Shown: positions 15,626-17,040 of the stretch, in pieces
Layout: each line of letters opens with the position of its first letter
How positions within the stretch are numbered: the first letter of the stretch is position 1
Origin: Candidatus Bathyarchaeia archaeon
GTDB lineage: Archaea > Thermoproteota > Bathyarchaeia > Bathyarchaeales > Bathycorpusculaceae
DNA: 17,040 nucleotides
Reading direction: 5' to 3'
Assembly (NCBI GenBank): GCA_050015395.1
Contig: JBEKBM010000038.1
Span: 1-17,040 of the forward strand
Notes under the pieces: model-generated
What the model saw: only the letters and a program-made list of their open reading frames with translations
Told to the model about the DNA's origin: nothing
Databases searched by the model: none
Position numbers and translations under genes: made by a program

Positions 15626-17040
15626 TTAATTATTTGGGGGCAAACTCAAGATAAATTTTGTTCCTTTTCCTTCTTGGCTTTCAAAAGTTATGGTTCCGCC
15701 TAGTGCCTCAATTAGACGTTTAGTTACTGCTAATCCTAAGCCTTGTCCTTTCGATTTAGTAGTAAATAAAGGCGTGAAAAGTTTGGGTTTGATTTCTTCA
15801 GGTATGCCTTTACCAGTATCTGCTACTGTTATTATTACTTGGTTTTCTTTTTCCAACGCTGCTATTTCTACTTTTCCTCCATCAGGCATTGCTTGCAGAG
15901 CATTGTTAGTTAAATTCGTTAATACACGCCTGATCAAGGTTGGGTCAGTTTTTATTTTTGGAAAGCTTTTAGCGTCTATTTTTAGGTCTATTTTGTCTGG
16001 AATATTAATTGTTAAAAGAACACTAGTAATCAAATCAGACAAGTCAACTTCAGTAATCTCAGGTCTTAATGGTCTAGAGTAATCTTGTAAATCAGAAACT
16101 ATTTTGCTAATATAATCGGTTTGTTCTTCAATTAAACCAAGACTTTCAAGTTTTTCCTTTTTATTTTTCTCAGCAGTCGCATTAGTAATGGTTTCTTTAA
16201 CTATGAATATTTCATTAGTAATAGCCTGCAGTGGATTACGAATATCATGCCCAACCATGCCTGCGATTTGACCAATAGTTGCAAGGCGTTCTTTATCTTG
16301 AAGCTGCCTAGTTCGCTCTTCAACTAACTTCTCTAAATTCTTAGAGTATTCTTCAAGCTTAACTTGTGCATTTGTGAGCTGCTTAGTTTTTTCTTCAACT
16401 AAACCCTCAAGATTCTTAGAGTATTCTTCAAGCTTAGCTTGCATTTCTTTGTACTGGGTAATATCTTGCATACCACCAATAATGCGCACACGTTTTCCTG
16501 TCGTATCCTTTATAATTTTTGCTATGCCCCGAACAACAATATAGTTGCCTTTTTTATGGCGAATATGATACTCATTTACGATGTTATCCAAGTTTTTTTT
16601 TGTAGGGTAGAATTGTTCTATAGCTTTAGGAACATCTTCAGGTAAGATTTGGTTTATCCACCAATCAACACTATATTGTACCTCTTCAGGTAAGTATCCA
16701 AGAAGTCCTTCTAAGCCACGGACGATGAAAATTTTGTTGGTTTTAGGATCAATTTCATATATCATCATTCCAGAAGCTTCAATTGCATAGTTTAGTCGCT
16801 GATTGCTTTCAACTAGCCAATCTGCTACGTTTACTCTATCGGTAATATCACGCATTATAGACATTAAGCCAACTTTGTTGCCTGATTTGTCTTTAAGCAC
16901 AGTAACAACAGATTCAATAACAGCCTTTTGGCCTTTGGGTCTAACGTGAACGTTAGTGCCTTGATAGAAGCCTTTCTCTTTTAAAGACAAAGCAGCTTCC
17001 TGTTCAGCGTCGGGCGTAAACCATAACTGTCGATATAGGG
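15626..17040 (-). CDS. PAS-domain sensor histidine kinase; 5'-partial (starts beyond the right edge)
   Basis: The frame is open past 16990 to the edge (LYRQLWFTPDAEQEAALSLK...). It has two PAS/PAC ends (RDIT, QDIT), H-box GHDIRNPL, N-box NNALQA, G1 DTGKGI, F-box LFTPLFTTK and G2 GQGLGL. Confidence 0.93.
   Translation of the reverse strand, partial: LYRQLWFTPDAEQEAALSLKEKGFYQGTNVHVRPKGQKAVIESVVTVLKDKSGNKVGLMSIMRDITDRVNVADWLVESNQRLNYAIEASGMMIYEIDPKTNKIFIVRGLEGLLGYLPEEVQYSVDWWINQILPEDVPKAIEQFYPTKKNLDNIVNEYHIRHKKGNYIVVRGIAKIIKDTTGKRVRIIGGMQDITQYKEMQAKLEEYSKNLEGLVEEKTKQLTNAQVKLEEYSKNLEKLVEERTRQLQDKERLATIGQIAGMVGHDIRNPLQAITNEIFIVKETITNATAEKNKKEKLESLGLIEEQTDYISKIVSDLQDYSRPLRPEITEVDLSDLITSVLLTINIPDKIDLKIDAKSFPKIKTDPTLIRRVLTNLTNNALQAMPDGGKVEIAALEKENQVIITVADTGKGIPEEIKPKLFTPLFTTKSKGQGLGLAVTKRLIEALGGTITFESQEGKGTKFILSLPPNN

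Noticed and set aside
1276-16645. Antisense or alternate-frame ORFs inside real genes (1276-1707, 3680-3940, 4480-4740, 4924-5142, 5608-5916, 7283-7813, 7853-8038, 9074-9256, 9427-9921, 10625-10813, 10873-11193, 11335-11668, 11885-12926, 13213-14403, 15690-16082, 16439-16645)
   Set aside because: Shadow frames of well-supported genes, with atypical composition and no family motifs.
1-17040. CRISPR array, IS element or integrase
   Set aside because: No regularly spaced repeats and no transposase or recombinase motifs in any listed ORF.

Overview
Archaeal chromosomal segment. Gene content and style suggest Candidatus Bathyarchaeia (inference, not checked by search). From left to right: a secreted beta-helix-like protein running off the window edge (missed by the ORF track), a Fe-S aldo/keto reductase, a WbqC-family protein, a housekeeping block (DUF424, aIF2-beta, coiled-coil protein, DUF373, uppS, YchF/OBG GTPase), a ~3.7 kb accessory patch, archaeal dnaG, a convergent family-B DNA polymerase and a partial PAS histidine kinase. 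The accessory patch holds a small exported protein, an MBL hydrolase, an orphan ParB/Srx protein with a Zn ribbon, an imperfect inverted repeat, a truncated UPF0175 gene and a TumA-TumE/DUF6516-like toxin-antitoxin pair. Most notable: (1) the PolB keeps all polymerase motifs but has lost the acidic residues of ExoI and ExoIII and apparently the uracil-sensing pocket, so it is predicted to lack proofreading; (2) the conserved N-terminus of dnaG has no ATG/GTG/TTG and appears to start at ACG; (3) the orphan ParB-Zn-ribbon gene sits beside an inverted repeat and TA genes. No rRNA, tRNA, CRISPR array or transposase was recognised.
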